Origin: Candidatus Latescibacterota bacterium
GTDB taxonomy: Bacteria > Latescibacterota > UBA2968 > GCA-2709665
DNA length: 64,000 bases
Assembly: GCA_965203805.1 (NCBI GenBank)
Contig: OZ241917.1
Coordinates: 2,112,001-2,176,000 of the forward strand
Direction: 5' to 3'
Shown in pieces: positions 60,895 through 64,000 of this stretch. The first letter of the stretch is position 1. Every line of letters begins with the position of its first letter. Below the pieces are notes generated by a model that saw only the letters and a list, made by a program, of their open reading frames with translations, was not told where the DNA came from and made no database searches. Both the position numbers and the translations under genes were made by a program.

Positions 60895-61800
60895 ATGTCA
60901 AGACCCAGAATCGGATTCATCGGACTCGGAATTATGGGAAAACCCATGTCCGGTCACCTGCTTCAGGCCGGTTACGTCGTTATGGTGCACAACCGCAGCC
61001 GGGAGCCCGTGGCCGAACTGGTTGAGGCGGGCGCCGGGGAAGCCCATTCCCCAGGAGAGGTGGCCGAAAACAGCGATGTGATTATTACCATGTTGCCCGA
61101 CTCGCCGGACGTGCAGGAAGTCGCCCTCGGACCCGGCGGCATCATCGAAGGGGTGAGCCCGGGCGACGTCTACATCGACATGAGTACCATCGCGCCCAGC
61201 GTTGCCCTCGAGGTTGGCGGGGCGATGGCGGAAAAAGGCGTCCGATGCCTGGATGCGCCGGTGAGCGGAGGCGACGTCGGCGCGCGGAACGCCACCCTTT
61301 CCATCATGGTGGGCGGCCAGGAGGAGGTATTCGATTCAGTACGACCGATCTTCGCGGCAATGGGTCAGAACGTCGTGCTGTGCGGACCATTGGGCGCCGG
61401 ACAGACCGTGAAGGCCTGCAACCAGGTTCTGGTTGCCGTCACCATCGCCGGCGTGTCGGAAGCGTTGACACTCGGCGCCAGGGCGGGCGTTGACCCTGCA
61501 AACATCGTACAGGTCCTGAGCGGGGGCCTTGCCCGATGCGGCGTACTCGAGAACCGGGGCGAGCGCATGGTCAACGGCGACTTCGACCCCGGCTTCCGCA
61601 TCCGGCTTCACTACAAGGACCTCAACATCATCATGAAAACCGGCAGCGACTACAATGTGCCGCTGCCGGTTACGAGCATCGTTCACGAACTGTTCAATCT
61701 GGCGATGGCCAAAGAACGGGGCGAACTGGATCACTCCGGTTTGCTGACCGTGGTCGAAGACTTGGCCGGTGTAAAGGCCCGCACGGCCGGGACGGGATGA
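60895..61800 (+). CDS. 2-hydroxy-3-oxopropionate reductase / 3-hydroxyisobutyrate dehydrogenase family
   Basis: GFIGLGIMG, DAPVSGG, KACNQ and FDPGFRIRLHYKDL motifs. Confidence 0.9.
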   Translation: MSRPRIGFIGLGIMGKPMSGHLLQAGYVVMVHNRSREPVAELVEAGAGEAHSPGEVAENSDVIITMLPDSPDVQEVALGPGGIIEGVSPGDVYIDMSTIAPSVALEVGGAMAEKGVRCLDAPVSGGDVGARNATLSIMVGGQEEVFDSVRPIFAAMGQNVVLCGPLGAGQTVKACNQVLVAVTIAGVSEALTLGARAGVDPANIVQVLSGGLARCGVLENRGERMVNGDFDPGFRIRLHYKDLNIIMKTGSDYNVPLPVTSIVHELFNLAMAKERGELDHSGLLTVVEDLAGVKARTAGTG

Positions 61801-61854
61801 ATTCCCTCAGGCGATCTCAGGGCTTTCGCGTCAGCAAAGGTTGAACGAGACGTA

Positions 61855-61882
61855 AAACGCCCGGGAGATCTCCCGGGCGTTT
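61855..61882. terminator. Probable bidirectional intrinsic terminator
   Basis: Perfect 28-bp palindrome aaacgcccgggagatctcccgggcgttt between convergent genes. Confidence 0.75.
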
Positions 61883-61990
61883 CTCATTTCCTGTATGGAG
61901 GCATGGAATTGATCTGGGGCTGTGGAATTCTCTCCTCTTTGCCACCACAGGCAGATTTCGCTTTCGGATTTTGTGCCTGCCGGGAAGCAC

Positions 61991-62332
61991 TCATTTTTTC
62001 GTTCGATCCCCCTTGTAAATATCCCCTCGGGTGTCCATATCTGTTATATGGATATTGCCATCTTTTCTCTTATACACAATCCTGCATTTTCCTGCCCTGA
62101 TTCTGAACGCAGGATCGTTGGCTGGACGTCCTTCGATCTTGGAAGATCCTCTTCTATTCAAGGGGTCTTTAAGACCCTCTATCTTTGCGATTGCCACCCG
62201 TCCAACATCTGCAGGCAGACGATTCAAGAATTCCAAGACTTCATCCCTGAAGACGATTCTTGGTTCCGGCCGATCTGGGAGCTCTTTCTCTGCGGGACTT
62301 TTTCTCTTCTTCCGACGCCGTGACTCATTCAC
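61991..62332 (-). CDS. RelE/ParE-family toxin-like protein
   Basis: FLNRLP...KIEG...FRIRAGKCRIVY...TRGDIYK. The GTG at 62332 overlaps the upstream TGA. Confidence 0.75.
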   Translation of the reverse strand: MNESRRRKKRKSPAEKELPDRPEPRIVFRDEVLEFLNRLPADVGRVAIAKIEGLKDPLNRRGSSKIEGRPANDPAFRIRAGKCRIVYKRKDGNIHITDMDTRGDIYKGDRTKK

Positions 62333-62565
62333 TCCATTCCCCATTTGTGCTTAAGCCTTTTGATGGCGCGATCCGACTCCTCAGCAGACAGCATCCTACT
62401 CTTGCCGGTCCGAAGATCCTCGTCCACCTGCAACGACCGAGCCAGATCAGAGTCTACGGTCCTGTCATCATCATCCTCGGAGAGAACGACTCGCCCAAAT
62501 CGCCGGTTCAGAAATCCCGTTGCAGACACCCAACTAGCCCTCAGAACATCCGTCGCATACCCCAT
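62329..62565 (-). CDS. Putative antitoxin (small protein upstream of RelE-like gene)
   Basis: RBS aaggagg, 78 aa with an acidic core, translationally coupled to the RelE-like gene. Confidence 0.5.
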   Translation of the reverse strand: MGYATDVLRASWVSATGFLNRRFGRVVLSEDDDDRTVDSDLARSLQVDEDLRTGKSRMLSAEESDRAIKRLKHKWGME

Positions 62566-62616
62566 ATCACCCTCCTTTTTGTAATTTCCCCCATACGCCT
62601 GATCTCTGCAGAAACA

Positions 62617-63574
62617 TCAAGCCGGCAGTTGGTCACATCCTGGCCGTTTACCAATCACGCCTACCACCACGTCCCGCATCTGGTCAATCGTATCCAAATC
62701 GCGATGTTGTGCCGGCCGGTAAAGTCATTGACGAACCGGTGCATGTGCTTTACCGGCATCTTGTGATACGTTCCATAATACCCCACTTCAGCATCGACCA
62801 GAAGGTTTCAATGCCGTTCGTATGGGCCTGACCACGCACATACTCGCCCTCCGAATGCTGGACAGCCTCACGCTCGATATCCCCAGACCATCGAAAACCG
62901 ATGCCTCATCACGGTAAATATACGGGCGTTCGTCCGGACTGGCAACTCCAGACAAGAAATTCCTCAGCGTCTCTCTGTTGGTACGCTCCGGAACCTGTGC
63001 CTTCACCTGCTTGGTCTCCCTGTCTTTCGCACCCATGACAGGCGTTTTACCCACCGTCCCACGCCCTGCACGAAGCTTCTTGCTCGCATGCTTGTTGCCT
63101 TCCTTCCCACCCATATACGTCTCAACCATCTCGATCGGGCCAGCAAAAACCTCGCCGACCTGCTGCCTCGCGTCTTGCAGGCGACGGAACATGAACTACG
63201 CCGTTTTTTAAGTCACGCCGAGACCCCGATGCAGTTTCATGCTCGACACGCCCTTCAAGCTCGTCACGCTTAGATAGATCGCCTACACCCACTTCTTTAC
63301 CGGCACCCTCGACTGCTCCATGACCGTGCCCGTCCTGCAGCTAAATTACGACCTGCAGTCATTGCATCGATACGGCATCGGCTTGCCGCTCTTAACAACC
63401 CGCATTCAAACCACCATAATGCCCACAACACCGATCGCCATCGGGCCAGATTTGCGCCTCAAACCATTTCACCGCAGAAGCCTCGTCCGGAAACATATCC
63501 GCCAACTCCGTTACCTAGATGCCGTCACGATCTGCCTTTCCAGGGCCCTTCTGCATCTCGTTACGCCGCCCCAT
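62617..63574 (-). pseudogene. IS1595-family transposase pseudogene
   Basis: Manual translation gives MFPDEASAVKWFE..IWP, PYRCNDC, SLKGVSSMKLHR, GRGTVGKTPVMG, HTNGIETFWSMLK and GTYHKM. It carries at least five in-frame stops and several frameshifts. Confidence 0.9.
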
Positions 63575-63669
63575 GATTTCCTCTATCTCTATCAGCCCAT
63601 AACCTACTGCGTACCAATAAGATACAGGAAAATTATGGGGAAGCCAAGCTAAATACCCAGTTTTCGGGC

Positions 63670-63698
63670 TTGAGTTTGTGAGAGATGTGCGCTATAAT
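63670..63698 (+). promoter_or_regulatory. Sigma70-type promoter
   Basis: TTGAGT-N17-TATAAT, about 30 nt upstream of an RBS and ATG. Confidence 0.65.
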
Positions 63699-63729
63699 AA
63701 GAAGACCAACCCCCTCTTAACAGGAGAGA

Positions 63730-64000
63730 ATGATGGATATAGTCGGAATCAAGAAGGCGTACTATCTCGTTTTGAACGAGATTTCGAAGCTGGAAAAGAT
63801 CCATGACGACCCCTTTATGATCGAGGATATCCACGAATCCCTCGGTGAAGCCGAAAACATCACCATCGACGACATCGAAGATTGTGTAAGGGAGTTTTTC
63901 AAACAGAATTGGATTAGAGGAACAATGTCCGATAAAATGATAGATGGTCAATACTTCGAGATCGAACGTTTGACGATGACGGGAAAAGCCGCCCTCGAAC
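63730..64000 (+). CDS. Winged-helix-like protein, partial (runs off window end)
   Basis: Not in the ORF track. RBS aggag, then MMDIVGIKKAYYLVLNEI...FKQNWIRG...ERLTMTGKAALE, with a wHTH-type LTxxG wing end. Confidence 0.65.
   Translation, partial: MMDIVGIKKAYYLVLNEISKLEKIHDDPFMIEDIHESLGEAENITIDDIEDCVREFFKQNWIRGTMSDKMIDGQYFEIERLTMTGKAALE

Noticed and set aside
63649-63951. 100-aa minus-strand ORF in the track
   Set aside because: The opposite strand has promoter, RBS and a more protein-like frame.

Overview
GC-rich, gene-dense bacterial chromosome segment from a diderm. A PorV-like barrel, a C-terminal EF-hand/dockerin-like repeat, futalosine-pathway genes and two PhyH dioxygenases suggest an FCB-group lineage such as Latescibacterota or Gemmatimonadota; this is inference only. 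Housekeeping genes are era, yicC-gmk-rpoZ-coaBC-udg-dnaB, prs, truC, nagB and mqnB/mqnD, interspersed with envelope and catabolic genes. The best candidate for an undescribed system is at 9877-17415. There, a ~1600-aa membrane protein fuses an apparently inactive M28-peptidase-like (nicalin/nicastrin-like) ectodomain to a MacB/FtsX-type permease, and is followed by an OPT-like multi-pass protein and a secreted RGG-rich protein, with no ATPase in the window. Other notable items are an L,D-transpeptidase plus inactive paralogue plus helical lipoprotein trio, an orphan holin-like gene, three kinds of non-autonomous repeat element (one in two ungapped ~81% identical copies 39 kb apart), a TrpD-like protein resembling a plant family, an ACP/Re-citrate-synthase-like pair, and a decayed IS1595 next to a RelE-type module. 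No rRNA, tRNA or CRISPR array was seen. All family calls come from reading motifs by eye; no searches were run.
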